Made by a program: the position numbers and the translations under genes. The notes below the pieces were generated by a model, which did no database searches, was not told the DNA's origin, and saw only the letters and a program-made list of their open reading frames with translations. Of a stretch of 64,000 nucleotides of DNA, positions 41,059-53,900 are shown one piece after another. The stretch covers positions 104,922 through 168,921 of the forward strand of contig CAVRBU010000017.1 in the NCBI GenBank assembly GCA_963719315.1, given 5' to 3'. The stretch's first letter is position 1; every line of letters begins with the position of its first letter. Origin of the DNA: an uncultured Planctomycetota bacterium. Lineage in GTDB: Bacteria; Planctomycetota; Planctomycetia; Pirellulales; Lacipirellulaceae.

Positions 41059-42210
41059 GTGACCAGCAGCCCCAAGCTTTTCTCCCAGCCGCTTCACGTA
41101 GGCTGCCCGAACCTGGGTGATCGCGAGCGACTGCTGGCGCGATTCAGCGACATCGTGAATCGCCGTTGGCTCACAAACGATGGCCCCTACCTCCGGCAGT
41201 TCGAGCAGCAAGTGGCCGAGTATCTCGACGTTAAGCATTGCATTGCAGTCTGCAACGCTACGGTTGGACTTCAACTTGGGACGAGTGCCCTCGGCCTGCA
41301 GGGCGAAGTGATCATGCCCTCATTCACGTTTCCGGCAACCGTCCATGCGCTCGCCTGGCAGGGCATCCAACCCGTGTTTTGCGACATCGATCCGAGCACT
41401 CACAACATCGATCCGGCCGCCGTGGAGCATTTGATTGGACCACGCACGACAGGCATTTTGGGCGTACACCTGTGGGGAAATCCGTGCGCGATCGAAGCTC
41501 TAACGGATGTAGCCGACCGCCACCGGCTAACATTGTTCTTTGACGCGGCCCATGCCTTCGGCTGCTCGCATGGTGAGCGGATGATCGGCAACTTCGGCAG
41601 CGCTGAAGTTTTCAGTTTTCACGCCACGAAGTTCCTCAACACCGGCGAAGGGGGCGCGATCACCACGAACGACGACGATTTGGCCAAAAAACTCCGCCGG
41701 TTTAGGAACTTCGGCATGGAAGGCGAGCGAGTCGCCGGCCTCGGCATCAACGGCAAGATGAACGAGCTTGCCGCCGCGATGGGGATCACGGCTCTGGAGA
41801 GCCGAGATGAATTCATCGCACGGAATCTCGACAATCTCACCGCGTATGAAGATGCGTTGGCCGACTTGCGCGGCCTGAGGCTGTACAATCCGCCGACGAG
41901 CGAGCAACGAAATCAGCAATACGTCGTGGTCGAGGTCGACCGAAACGAAGCCCGAAAAACCCGGGACGAGATTGTGGACGCTTTACACACCGAAAATGTG
42001 CTCGCGAAGAGATACTTTTTTCCGGGATGTCATCGAATCGAACCCTATCGATCCATGCGCAACGTCCGGCAAGCTCCGTTACCGCACACCGAACGACTAT
42101 GCGACCGGCTCATGCAGCTCCCCACCGGGACGGCAGTGAGTCGCGCCGATATAGCCCGGATAGGCGATTTCCTGCAACGTTTGACCTCCCGCGCCCGCAG
42201 CGCTGCCTAG
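41059..42210 (+). CDS. DegT/DnrJ sugar aminotransferase (VioA/DesI-like)
   Basis: RBS ggagga + GTG; WLTNDGP, FFDAAHAFG, FSFHATK (PLP Lys), EGGAI and GINGKMNE. Confidence 0.9.
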   Translation: MTSSPKLFSQPLHVGCPNLGDRERLLARFSDIVNRRWLTNDGPYLRQFEQQVAEYLDVKHCIAVCNATVGLQLGTSALGLQGEVIMPSFTFPATVHALAWQGIQPVFCDIDPSTHNIDPAAVEHLIGPRTTGILGVHLWGNPCAIEALTDVADRHRLTLFFDAAHAFGCSHGERMIGNFGSAEVFSFHATKFLNTGEGGAITTNDDDLAKKLRRFRNFGMEGERVAGLGINGKMNELAAAMGITALESRDEFIARNLDNLTAYEDALADLRGLRLYNPPTSEQRNQQYVVVEVDRNEARKTRDEIVDALHTENVLAKRYFFPGCHRIEPYRSMRNVRQAPLPHTERLCDRLMQLPTGTAVSRADIARIGDFLQRLTSRARSAA

Positions 42211-42220
42211 GATCGCGGTT

Positions 42221-43351
42221 ATGGTTGCTCCTAAAGTCAGCGTCTGCATGGTCACGTACAACCATGAGCCATACATCGCTCAGGCGGTGGAGAGCGCTCT
42301 GGCTCAACAGACGGCGTTTCCCATTGAAATCGTCATCGGCGAAGACGGCTCGACCGATGCCACGCCAGATATACTCCGCCGCTTTGCACGGCAGCATCCC
42401 GATACGATTCGCTTGCGCTTGGCCGAGCGAAATCAGGGGGCGAAGGCCAACTTCATGGGCACCCTAGCCGACTGCCGCGGTCAATACGTGGCCATGCTGG
42501 AAGGTGACGATTATTGGACCTCTCCCAACAAATTGCAGATCCAGGTCGATGCGCTCAACGCGCACCCGGAGTGGGCGATTTGCTTTCATCCGGCCAAATG
42601 CGAGTACGAACCGGGCATGCATGGCCACGCGATCTACCCGTCCAATTGGACGAAGCCGGTAGCAACCATCGAAGATCTCTTCGAAGCGAATATTATCGCC
42701 ACGAATTCCGTCGTGTTTCGCCACCGCTTGTTTCCGGCTTTGCCGGCCTGGTTTCGCGATTTGAAGTTGGGCGATTGGCCGTTGCACATTCTCAATGCGG
42801 CCCACGGTGACATCGGCTATTTGCCGCCCGCGATGTCGGCCTACCGTATTCATCGCGGCGGAATCTGGAGCGGCGAGACTCAGGCGGCGCGAATGGTCGC
42901 CATTTTCCAAATGTTCACCGCCATCGATCATCATTTCGCGGGGGAGTACGCTGCAGCGATCGACGGCTATCGGTTGAATGCCCTCCGTGGAATCATGGCA
43001 GAGGTCAATGCGGTCAAGATCGGCATGGCAGGCGTCTTAAGCGAATTAAGAACAAAGTCCGCCGAAACGAATTACATCGTCAACACGAATCCGCACTCTC
43101 TTACGATTCAACATTATTGGAACCAGCTTTCGACCGAGCTCACGCAGCTTGAAAACAAGTATGAAACGCTGCTGGAAGAACATCGCAAAGTGACTGCATT
43201 CCGCGATGCCTGGTGCAAATCGATACCGTATCGAGTCGTTCGGGAAACGATGCGGCCGTTCAAAAAGTTCTGGCGGATGATGCGGCGTCACGAGGGCCTG
43301 CCCGCTGAGTCGCAACGGAAAGTCACTGCCTCGATGAACGAGGCGGCCTGA
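42221..43351 (+). CDS. Glycosyltransferase family 2 with C-terminal coiled coil
   Basis: VSVCMVTYNHEPYI, GEDGSTD, EGDDYW and GDWPL; heptad-like tail. Confidence 0.9.
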   Translation: MVAPKVSVCMVTYNHEPYIAQAVESALAQQTAFPIEIVIGEDGSTDATPDILRRFARQHPDTIRLRLAERNQGAKANFMGTLADCRGQYVAMLEGDDYWTSPNKLQIQVDALNAHPEWAICFHPAKCEYEPGMHGHAIYPSNWTKPVATIEDLFEANIIATNSVVFRHRLFPALPAWFRDLKLGDWPLHILNAAHGDIGYLPPAMSAYRIHRGGIWSGETQAARMVAIFQMFTAIDHHFAGEYAAAIDGYRLNALRGIMAEVNAVKIGMAGVLSELRTKSAETNYIVNTNPHSLTIQHYWNQLSTELTQLENKYETLLEEHRKVTAFRDAWCKSIPYRVVRETMRPFKKFWRMMRRHEGLPAESQRKVTASMNEAA

Positions 43352-43382
43352 ATGTTTAGGATGTGAATTCGCGGTGATGACG

Positions 43383-44453
43383 ATGAAAGATACGATTTTG
43401 ATTACGGGCGGCGCCGGCTTCATCGGCAGTTGCCTGGTGCGGCAAATCATCGCCGAACGGCCTCACACGCGCATCATCAATCTCGACAAACTCACCTACG
43501 CCGGCAATCTCGATTCGCTGGCGTCCGTCCTCGATCATCCACGGCACACGTTTGTCCGCGGAGATGTGGCCGATGCCGAGTTGGTTTCGAATATCCTCGG
43601 CACAACACGGCCTGCTGCCATCGTTCATCTGGCGGCGGAGTCGCACGTCGATCGTTCGATCGACGGGCCCGCCGAGTTCGTGCAGACCAACGTCGTAGGC
43701 GCTTTCACCCTGCTGGAAACGGCCCGCGGATACTGGTCGAGCCTCTCCGCCGGCGAGCGGCAACGGTTCCGCTTCCTGCATGTCTCGACCGACGAGGTAT
43801 TCGGATCGTTAGGAGCAATCGGTGCTTTCAGCGAAACGACCGCCTATTCGCCGCGGTCGCCCTATTCGGCGACCAAAGCGGCTGCCGATCATTTAGTGCG
43901 GGCCTATCACGCGACTTACGGGCTGCCTACCTTGATCACGAACTCATCGAACAATTTTGGTCCGTTTCAATTCCCCGAAAAACTGGTCCCGCTTGTGACG
44001 CTAAATGCCGTCGAGGGCCAGCCACTGCCCGTGTACGGCGACGGGTTGCAAGTTCGCGATTGGTTGTTCGTGGAAGATCATTGCCGCGCGTTGCAGTTGG
44101 TGCTGGAGCGTGCTGCGCCCGGCGAGACCTATAACGTGGGCGCGAATTGTGAACGCACGAACCTGGATATCGTTCGAAGCATTTGCCGCTTGATCGATGA
44201 ATTGCGGCCCGGCGCGACGCTTCGGCCGACCGAACGCCTGATTGAGCACGTGTCGGAACGCCCGGGACACGATCGCCGATATGCCATCGACGCCAGCAAA
44301 CTCCGCCACGACTTGGGCTGGGCGCCGCGTCACGATTTCAAAACAGCCCTCGCCCTCACCGTCCGCTGGTACTTGGAAAACACCGCTTGGGTCGAACGCG
44401 TAACGAACGGCATCTACCAACGTCAGCGGCTGGGTCTCGTGACGGCCGCTTAG
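43383..44453 (+). CDS. rfbB: dTDP-glucose 4,6-dehydratase
   Basis: TGGAGFIGS, DKLTYAGN, AAESHVDRSI, STDEV, YSATK and RPGHDRRY. Confidence 0.95.
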   Translation: MKDTILITGGAGFIGSCLVRQIIAERPHTRIINLDKLTYAGNLDSLASVLDHPRHTFVRGDVADAELVSNILGTTRPAAIVHLAAESHVDRSIDGPAEFVQTNVVGAFTLLETARGYWSSLSAGERQRFRFLHVSTDEVFGSLGAIGAFSETTAYSPRSPYSATKAAADHLVRAYHATYGLPTLITNSSNNFGPFQFPEKLVPLVTLNAVEGQPLPVYGDGLQVRDWLFVEDHCRALQLVLERAAPGETYNVGANCERTNLDIVRSICRLIDELRPGATLRPTERLIEHVSERPGHDRRYAIDASKLRHDLGWAPRHDFKTALALTVRWYLENTAWVERVTNGIYQRQRLGLVTAA

Positions 44454-44492
44454 GCGTTCTCGTTCGCTACCTACAACAGGATTGGTCCACCC

Positions 44493-45425
<933 letters not shown>

Positions 45426-45439
45426 CGAACCTGCGATCC

Positions 45440-46375
45440 ATGAATTCGCTTTCACCCGTTGTCGAGACTTGCAAAGCCAGCGATTCTGGCTACGCGAACC
45501 GGCAATACGCCCAGTCGCTCGCCGAATTTGGAACCGTCCAAGAGTTGCCGCGCTCGCGCGGGTGGCTCCTTGTGAATCGAATTCCGGATTCGGATTCATG
45601 CGACGCGATGGGTTGCTATCCGCTTTTCTGTTGCCAGGATTGGACGGCCCTGCGGGCGGATTTGGACGCGTTGGCCGAAAGCCTGGTTTGTGTCCGCCTC
45701 GTGACGGATCCATTCGCCGATGTTGATGTCTCGCAGTTGAAGGAAGCCTTTCCGGACGTCTGCTACGAATACAAACAGCACTTCGTCACCGATTTATCGC
45801 TGCCGCTGGAACAAACCGTGGCGAGCCACCACCGGCGAAACGTCAGCAAGGCGACAAGCGCGGTCGAAGTGCGACAATCGACCAGCGAGGAAGACCTGCT
45901 GTCCCAGTGGCAAACGCTCTATGACAACCTAGTCGACCGGCACCAGATCGCGGGAATCGCTCGATTCTCACCGCTCGCATTCGAGCGGCAATCCAAGGTT
46001 CCCGGCTTTGCGGCCTTCTCAGCCTATGACGGGGATTCCGTGTGTGGGACTACGCTGTGGTTCGTGCGGGGCGACGTGGCGTATTACCACTTAGGCGCCT
46101 ATAGCGACCGCGGCTATGACTGTGGAGCGTCGTTCGCGCTATTTTGGAACGCCCTCCGCCATTTTGCCGGCCAAGGAATTCGGTGGGCGGCGCTCGGGGC
46201 CGGCGCCGGCGCAACGTCGGCTGAATCGGGGCTGACCCGCTTCAAACGCGGTTGGGCAACGCACACCCGACCTGTATTCTTCTGCGGCCGTATTCTTCAG
46301 CCGGCCGCATACGAGAAGCTGACGGCCGACATCCGCTCGCGCACAGATTTTTTCCCTGCCTACCGCAGTGCGTAA
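45440..46375 (+). CDS. GNAT/FemAB-like acyltransferase
   Basis: HHRRNVSKA, AYYHLGA and LGAGAG...GLTRFKRGW. Confidence 0.75.
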   Translation: MNSLSPVVETCKASDSGYANRQYAQSLAEFGTVQELPRSRGWLLVNRIPDSDSCDAMGCYPLFCCQDWTALRADLDALAESLVCVRLVTDPFADVDVSQLKEAFPDVCYEYKQHFVTDLSLPLEQTVASHHRRNVSKATSAVEVRQSTSEEDLLSQWQTLYDNLVDRHQIAGIARFSPLAFERQSKVPGFAAFSAYDGDSVCGTTLWFVRGDVAYYHLGAYSDRGYDCGASFALFWNALRHFAGQGIRWAALGAGAGATSAESGLTRFKRGWATHTRPVFFCGRILQPAAYEKLTADIRSRTDFFPAYRSA

Positions 46376-46440
46376 CTCCAGGCGGCCAGGCAGCCGCGGT
46401 TGCAATAATTCCGGAAATACCGGATTCTGAACGGCCCATT

Positions 46441-47076
46441 ATGCGCGCCGGCTACCACACCATCATCGACCACTACGAACAATGCCTTGCCCAGCACGGC
46501 GATACGCACCTGGGCGTCGATTGGCCGAATGCGGCAGATGCCGACACCCGCTACCGCGTAATGCTGGAGCTCATTCGAGCTCCGCACGACGAACCTGTGA
46601 CCCTACTGGATTTCGGTTGTGGCGCCGCCCATCTGTACGAATACCTAAGGCGAAACTCGCAAACTGATATTCGCTACATCGGCGTCGACGCGTCTGCGAG
46701 CTTCATAGACCTTTCGCGTCGCAAGTTCCCGTCGGCTTCCTTTCATTGCATCGATGTACTGGCCGACGAAACGCCCTTGCCGGAGGCCGACTACATCGTG
46801 ATGAACGGCGTTCTCACCGAGAAGCGCGGGCTGACGTTCGACGAGATGCGCGAGTACATGTCGCTGCTTCTAAAGCGCGTGTTCAGCTCAGCGCGCATGG
46901 GGCTGGCATTCAACGTCATGTCTTACCACGTGGATTGGCAGCGCGACGATCTATTTCACGTGCCCTACGATTTGCTGGCAGAGTTCTTGAAAGCCAATTT
47001 AAGCCGGCATTTCGCCTTTCGGGCCGATTACGGGCTATACGAATACACGACCTATGTCTACCGAGAGCCGACGTAA
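46441..47076 (+). CDS. Class I SAM-dependent methyltransferase
   Basis: GVDWPN, LLDFGCG, YIGVD and GLAFNVMS. Confidence 0.85.
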   Translation: MRAGYHTIIDHYEQCLAQHGDTHLGVDWPNAADADTRYRVMLELIRAPHDEPVTLLDFGCGAAHLYEYLRRNSQTDIRYIGVDASASFIDLSRRKFPSASFHCIDVLADETPLPEADYIVMNGVLTEKRGLTFDEMREYMSLLLKRVFSSARMGLAFNVMSYHVDWQRDDLFHVPYDLLAEFLKANLSRHFAFRADYGLYEYTTYVYREPT

Positions 47077-47079
47077 GCC

Positions 47080-47742
47080 ATGGCCGATGTTGTGATCTTT
47101 GGCACGCGCGATTTCGCTTCGCTCGCCCATTTCTATCTGCGGCACGACAGCCCGCACAAAGTCGTCGGCTTTACAGTGCATCGCGAATATCTGCCGGAAC
47201 CCGCTGAGTTCGAAGGCTTGCCGGTGATCGCCTTCGAGGAATTGGAAGGTCGATTTCCACCCAACCGCGTCAGCGCCTTTGCGCCGCTCTCGCATCGCCG
47301 CATGAACCGTTTGCGGGAAGAGATTTACAACGGCCTCAATGGCCGCGGGTATTCGCTCATCTCGTACATCAGCAGCCGCGCCACCTGTTTCTCAGGTACC
47401 CCCATCGGCGACAACTGCTTTGTGTTGGAAGACAATACGATCCAGCCATTCACATCCATTGGCCACAACGTAGTGCTGTGGAGCGGCAACCACATTGGTC
47501 ATCACTCGGTTGTCCGCGATCATGTTTTCATCACATCGCACGTAGTCGTGTCGGGCCATTGCGTCATCGAGCCACATTGTTTTCTGGGCGTGAACGCAAC
47601 GCTAAAAGATCAAGTAACGCTCGGCGAAGGCACGCTCGTCGGCATGGGGGCGATCGTCGCGCGAAATACCGAACCTTGGACGATTTACAAAGCCGATGCC
47701 ACGCGGGCGTCGAAGGTTTCCAGTGCCGACATCGACTTCTAG
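47080..47742 (+). CDS. Hexapeptide-repeat sugar acyltransferase (NeuD/PglD/VioB family)
   Basis: IGDNCFVLE, IGHNVVLWSGNHIGHHS and left-handed beta-helix repeats. Confidence 0.88.
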   Translation: MADVVIFGTRDFASLAHFYLRHDSPHKVVGFTVHREYLPEPAEFEGLPVIAFEELEGRFPPNRVSAFAPLSHRRMNRLREEIYNGLNGRGYSLISYISSRATCFSGTPIGDNCFVLEDNTIQPFTSIGHNVVLWSGNHIGHHSVVRDHVFITSHVVVSGHCVIEPHCFLGVNATLKDQVTLGEGTLVGMGAIVARNTEPWTIYKADATRASKVSSADIDF

Positions 47743-47757
47743 CTGTGGGGCCGTGCC

Positions 47758-48705
47758 ATGCAATGGGAGAAACGCGGGCTGGTCTGGGCACCGCAGGGCG
47801 ATTTGCCCTGGGCCCAATCGCACGCCACGCTGCCCCTAGTTCAAGTGGCTGGCCCGGACCGATGGTGGGTCTATGTCGGTTGCCGCGATGCAAACGGCAA
47901 GACACGAATTGGCCGCGTTGTGGTTGATACCAGCAGCTTGCCGGACGGCGTTCCCTCCGTCTGCCACGTCGAGCCGTCGCCGGTGCTTCCGCTCGGCGAA
48001 CCCGGAACCTTCGACGACAGCGGCATGATGCCCTCGTGGCTCATCCAAGAGGGCGACTCGGTGCGGCTCTATTATGTTGGCTGGAATGTAATTGGGACGG
48101 TGCCTTATCGACTCTCGATCGGGGTCGCACTCAGCACGGATCGCGGGGCGACGTTTCAACGGTTTTTGCAAGGGCCGATCGTCGACCGTAACGTCAGTGA
48201 GCCGTTCTTTGCCGCGTCGCCCTGCGTTCACGAGGAAAACGGCTCGTGGCGGATGTGGTACGTCTCGTGTACGGGTTGGAAAGAAATTCTTGGCCGGTGG
48301 GAGCCGGCATACCACGTCAAGTATGCCGAGTCGCGAGACGGATTCGACTGGCAACTGACAGGGATTTCCTGCGTCGATGCAGGAGCAGGTTACGCGGTTG
48401 CCCGGCCCTGCGTTTTCCGAAACGGCAATCGGTACGGCATGCTCTACCCATTCCGTTCGATGACCGATTATCGAGCCCACCCCGATAGGGCCTACCGACT
48501 CGGCTACGCGGAATCGACCGACGGCATTCGCTGGGAACGAATGGACGACCGTGCCGGCATTGAGCGCTCCAGCAGCGGGTGGGACTCAGAGATGATCGAG
48601 TACTGCTGGCTGCAGCGCCACGGCGACGACACGTACCTACTCTACAACGGCAATGGCTTCGGGCGTTCCGGCTTCGGTCTGGCGCGACTTCGCTCGTGGG
48701 ATTAG
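47758..48705 (+). CDS. Five-bladed beta-propeller glycoside-hydrolase-like protein
   Basis: GTFDDSG, LYYVGWN, YAESRDG..W, WDSEMIEY and YNGNGFG. Confidence 0.75.
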   Translation: MQWEKRGLVWAPQGDLPWAQSHATLPLVQVAGPDRWWVYVGCRDANGKTRIGRVVVDTSSLPDGVPSVCHVEPSPVLPLGEPGTFDDSGMMPSWLIQEGDSVRLYYVGWNVIGTVPYRLSIGVALSTDRGATFQRFLQGPIVDRNVSEPFFAASPCVHEENGSWRMWYVSCTGWKEILGRWEPAYHVKYAESRDGFDWQLTGISCVDAGAGYAVARPCVFRNGNRYGMLYPFRSMTDYRAHPDRAYRLGYAESTDGIRWERMDDRAGIERSSSGWDSEMIEYCWLQRHGDDTYLLYNGNGFGRSGFGLARLRSWD

Positions 48706-48734
48706 AGTCGAACCCCACGCATGATTCGAAGCTT

Positions 48735-50675
48735 TCAAGCGACTTTCAAGGCGATTGGCATGTGTTCCAGCTTGCCGTGATCAACGCGCACGATCCGCGA
48801 CGCCAGCGCCAACGTGCTTTCGCGATGCGTAATCATGATCAACGTCCGATTTTGCCCGTATTCGGTCAGAGCATCGTGGATCAGCTTCTCGCTTTCGATG
48901 TCGATTTGGCTGGTGGCTTCATCGAGAATTAATATCTCCGCATTGCGTAAAAATGCGCGAGCCAGAGCAATTCGTTGCCGTTGGCCGCCGCTCAATCGTT
49001 GCCCGTTCGGTCCCACCATAGTTTGATAGCCATTCGGAAAACCCGAGATAAATCCATCGGCCCGCGCGAGCGTGGCGGCCGCCTTGACTTCGTCTTCGGT
49101 GGCGTCCCAGCGACCGTAACGGATGTTGTGCAGAATCGATTCGTTGAACAATTCCGTCTGCTGTGTCACGAGCGCGATTCGACCGCGCAGGTCTTTCAGC
49201 GCAACGCGCGCAGCGACACGCCGTCGATGAGCACTTCTCCGTGCTGCGGGTCGTAGAACCGGCACAACAGATTAACGATCGTGCTCTTCCCTCCGCCGTT
49301 CGGACCCACGATCGCCAGGTGGTCGCCGCGGGCGATCGTCAAATTCACGTGTTCGAGCACTTTCTGGATGCCGTCATACGTAAAATGAATATCGCGAAAC
49401 TCGATCCGCTCGTGCGGCGATGGCAACTTTTTCGGCGAAGGCGATTCTGCTAGATACGACTCGATTTCCAGAATCGGGTACAGCAGGCCGGCGGCCGCCA
49501 TGCCGCTATTGATGCCCGCGATCACCGTCGAAAGCTTTCGCAACGGGTCCGATGCACCGACCAGCAACGCGAAAAATACCGTCACCATCGTTATGCTCAG
49601 CGGCTTGTCGGACATCGGGATGCCAAGAATGTGGGTTTCTTGGTTAATCACCAGATAACCCGACACGATGACCCCCGTACACAAAATTCCCATGCCCAGC
49701 AATTCGGTGACGGGGTTGTTGAGCGAGTGATAAAAAGTTGCCTTCAAGGCAATGCGGCGCAGGTTTGAGGTCGAATCACGGAACCGTTGGCGCTCGAACC
49801 CCTCCATCGTGTTGGCTTGCACCGTGAGCAACGAATTGAAAACTTCCAGCATGACGTGGTGAAATCCCATCGAGCGATCGAGAATGCTCAACGATAGCGC
49901 GGATCCGCCGGTTCAAAAACAAAATCAGAAACGCCGCGAGCGGCGCGAAAATCAGCGAGGCCAGCGTCAGCCGCCAGGAAATCAGCCAGGCCCCTCCCAA
50001 GCACGCCAGGATCCGCAGCGGCTCGGTAACTGCGCCGCTGTAAAAACTCGTGATGCCATTGGCCAGCATGTCGGTGGTATGCGTGATGTGGGCCGTAAAG
50101 CCGCTGATTCCCTGTGAATCGAACGCAGGGCGATCCAGCGAAAGGGCCTTGTCGAACAGTCGGCCTCGAACGTCGCGGGCGATGCTTTGCGACACATAAG
50201 ACACCAACATCGTGTTCGTCAGCATCAAGAACTGCTTGATCGCCGTGGCCACGGCCACCATTAGTGCAATCAATGCCACGGTAGAAAAGGGCTTCGACGG
50301 CATAAACCGTTCGAAGAATGGCTGCAGTCGCTGCCCGGAATAAACGCCGGCCCGATCGACTTTGATTTTCGCCTGCAGCATATCGAGCTGAAAGCCGAGG
50401 TCCCGCTTCTGTTGCAAATCGGCCGTCGTCGAACGCTGCTGTTCGAGCTTTTGTGCCTCGGCTTCGTGGTCTGCCAAACTTTTCTGCGCGTTATTCAACC
50501 GCGTCTTGTTCCACTCCTGCAATGATTGGCCGTGCAGCGTCGTCTCAATGATCGGAAACAGCGCCGCGATGTTGGCCCCCCACAGCGCAGCCACGCCCAG
50601 CGAGCAAAGTAGCGCAATCGTCAGCGCCGGCCAGTGTCGCCATGCCTGCTGCAACGCCTTCACAAAGTCCTTCAT
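48735..50675 (-). CDS. MsbA/PglK-like ABC exporter (TMD + NBD), frameshifts near 49890 and 49200
   Basis: TM helices, [17 protein letters not shown] and LILDEATS across three ORFs. Confidence 0.88.
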
Positions 50676-50991
50676 CTCGAATCGTTGCCTTTTGCTCGAT
50701 GCCGATGACTGTAGAGATAGCACTCTCGCCGCGTCGTTGGCGTCGTGGGGCGGAAGTCTAGGAGACCTGGCGGAATGTGACAAGCACTAAATTAACCGGC
50801 ATTTTTGCCGTTGTTGACATCGACCTTCGTCAGCGCCAAGAAAGAAACGGAGATCCAAGCCAGGGCCGCGACGGCCGTTTGCTGGCTGTGTAAAATGCAA
50901 GCACCCGCCCAATCCGATATTCCGTTGCACCCGCCTTACTAAACGCGGCCCGCCGTCCGCGCGTGAAGCCACATCTTTGAAGGTTCTCGAC

Positions 50992-53900
50992 ATGCGTTGC
51001 CTCGGCATCTGTCTGTTCTTGTTGGCATCATTCGTAGCTCGCCCCGGGCTGGCTCAGCCCCTCGTCGCGGAAACGCCAGCTCTAACACCCGCCGAGGAGC
51101 TAAAAAAATTCCACCTGCCGCCCGGCTTTGAGATTCAGCTCGTCGCCCAAGAGCCCGACATTCACAAGCCGATGAACATGAAGTTCGACGCCCATGGCCG
51201 GCTCTGGGTGACGCACAGCATCGAGTATCCGTTCCCAGCCATCAGCGAGACCAAGGCTCGCGACGCGATCAGCATCTTCAGCAATCTTGCGGCGGACGGC
51301 GGTGCTCAAAAAGTCGAGCGGTTTGCCGAGCGCTTGAACATCCCCATCGGCGTACAGCCGCTCAGCGACAAGGAAGCGTTCGCTTGGTCGATTCCCAACA
51401 TCTATCGACTCGTCGACACCAACGGCGACGGCGTGGCCGACGAAAAGACCGTCGCCTTCGGCCCCTTCGGCGTGATCGATACCCACGGCGATCAAAACGC
51501 TTTCATGCGCTGGATCGACGGCTGGATTTACGCCAACCACGGCTACAACAACGATAGCCGCGTAAAAGTCGGCGGCACGGGCGACTCCGTGCTGCACATG
51601 CAATCGGGCAACACCTATCGCTTTCGACCGGATGGCTCGACCATCGAACAATTCAGTTGGGGCCAAGTGAATCCCTTCGGCCTCAGCTTCGATCCCCGCG
51701 GCGACCTGTACTCCGCCGATTGCCACTCGCGGGCCGTCACGCTGCTGCTCCGCGAAGGCTACTACCAAAGCTTTGGTAAACCGCACGACGGCCTCGGCTT
51801 CGCCCCTGAAACAACGACCATCGACCACGGCGGCACCGGCATCGCCGGAGTTGTCTACTGCACGCTGCCCAACTTCCCGGCCAATTACCGCAACGTCCTA
51901 TTCGTCGGCAACGTGATCACCAATCGCGTGCATTGCGATCGCTTGAAATGGGCCGGCTCGACTCCAACCGTCGATAAAGTGGAAGATTTCCTCACCTGCG
52001 ACGACCCCTGGTTCCGGCCCGTCGACCTGCAGCCCGGCCCCGACGGCGCACTGTACGTCGCCGATTTCTACAATTGCATCATCGGCCACTACGAAGTTCC
52101 GCTCACGCATCCCAAGCGCGACCGCGAGCGCGGCCGCATCTGGCGGGTCGTCTACAAAGGCGAAGCCGGGAAGCCAGACACGAAACCAGCGGCGGCGCCC
52201 ATGCCAGACTTGCCGTCACTCGACGCCCCTGCACTCTTCGCGCTACTGAAGCATCCCAATCTGACCGTGCGCGTGCTGGCAACCAACAATCTGATCGACC
52301 GTTTCCCCAAGAAAGCGGCCGCCATGTCGAGCGACCTGCTCTCCGGCGATCTGCACACCACAGCGAACGGCACCTTCAGCGACGACCCCATCAGCGATCA
52401 AGCCAGTCACGCAGTCTGGATTCTGAAACGGACGCAAGGTCTTTCGGAGCCGATAATCCGTAAGCTGTTCGCCGCCGGCGTCCCGCCCCTCGTACAAATC
52501 CACACGGCCCGCGCACTTGGCGAAACCGCAACGTGGCAGCCATGGCAATTCGAAGTGGTGCGGGCCAAACTCAGTGACCCCGATCCGTTTGTCTGCCGGG
52601 CAGCGGCCGAAGCACTCTCAAAACATCCTGCCGTCGAAAACCTGTCGCCGCTGCTCACCTCGCTCAGCACCGAAGATCAAAAAGACGAGCTGCTCTATCA
52701 CGGCACTCGGATTGCCCTCCGAGATCAGCTCCGAGACCCAGAGGTCGCCAACGTGCTGCTTACCTTCAAGCTCCCGCCCGAGCAACGAAATCAACTTGTC
52801 GAGTTCGCGGCGAACGCTCCCACCGGCCCGGCCTCTCAACTGCTCTTCGACGAAGCACTCCACGGCGGCATCCGCGACGACTTGCTGATCAAAATCATCC
52901 CGGCCGCTGCCCGCTATATCGACGCCCCCCGCGTCGACGCGATGATCGCACAAATCAACAAGCGGTTCCCCAACAACCCCACCCAGCAAATTTCGCTGCT
53001 CCGCGCGTTGGCCGAGGGACTCTCGCAACGCGGCCTGCCGACCACCGGCTTGCTAAAAGCGTCGCTCACGGAGCAGATCAAGGCAGAGCTTTCTAGCGAT
53101 TCGAAAGAGGCGTGGGTCGATACGCCGCTACCTGGTAGCAAGGCTTCGCCGAGTCCGTGGGGGCCACAAAATCGCAAGTACAATGACGGAGCGAAGTCGC
53201 CCACGATGATGAGCTCGCTGGCCAGTGGCGATGAGCACGAGGGCGGAATCCTTCGCAGCCCCGAATTCGAGCTGCCGGAAAAACTTAGCTTTTGGATGTG
53301 TGGCCACAACGGCATTCCCTCCGAACCCGATCAAAAACTCAACTTCGCCCGCCTCGTGTTGGCCGACGGCACGGAAGTCACCCGCAGCTACCCGCCACGC
53401 AATGACGTAGCCCAGCGATTCAATTGGGACCTGTCGGCACACGCCGGCCAGCGGGGCTATGTCGAGGTGGTCGACGGCGCAACCGACCTCAATGGTTTCG
53501 CCTGGATCGCCGTGTCGCGCTTCGATCCGGCCGTTATCTCGGTGCCCACGCATGCGGTGGACGAGTTGGGTTCGGTCGCGGCAGATTTATACCGCCTCGC
53601 CGGGCAATACAGGCTGCTGGCCCTTACGCCCGAAATCACGGCAGCCGCACAGCCGTTGAATTCCAATTTGGTCACTCGCCTGGCAGCCACCGAATCACTC
53701 GCCATGCTCGCGCCAGAAAATGCGATCACGCCCCTCACAGCCGTGCTCTCCGACGCCAGCCTGCCCACGCCGGCGCGAAAAAGCCGCCCAGCAACTGGCC
53801 CGCATCGACCGGCCAGAAGCCCGCGCCACGTTGCTCGCCCAGCTAAAATCCGTGCCCGAGTCGGTCGCCGTACTGATTGCAGCCGGCCTCGCCGGCAACC

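Noticed and set aside
53760..53800. Programmed frameshift in the PVC heme protein and other split genes
   Set aside because: No consistent slippery site plus stimulator; scattered indels are better explained by sequencing error.
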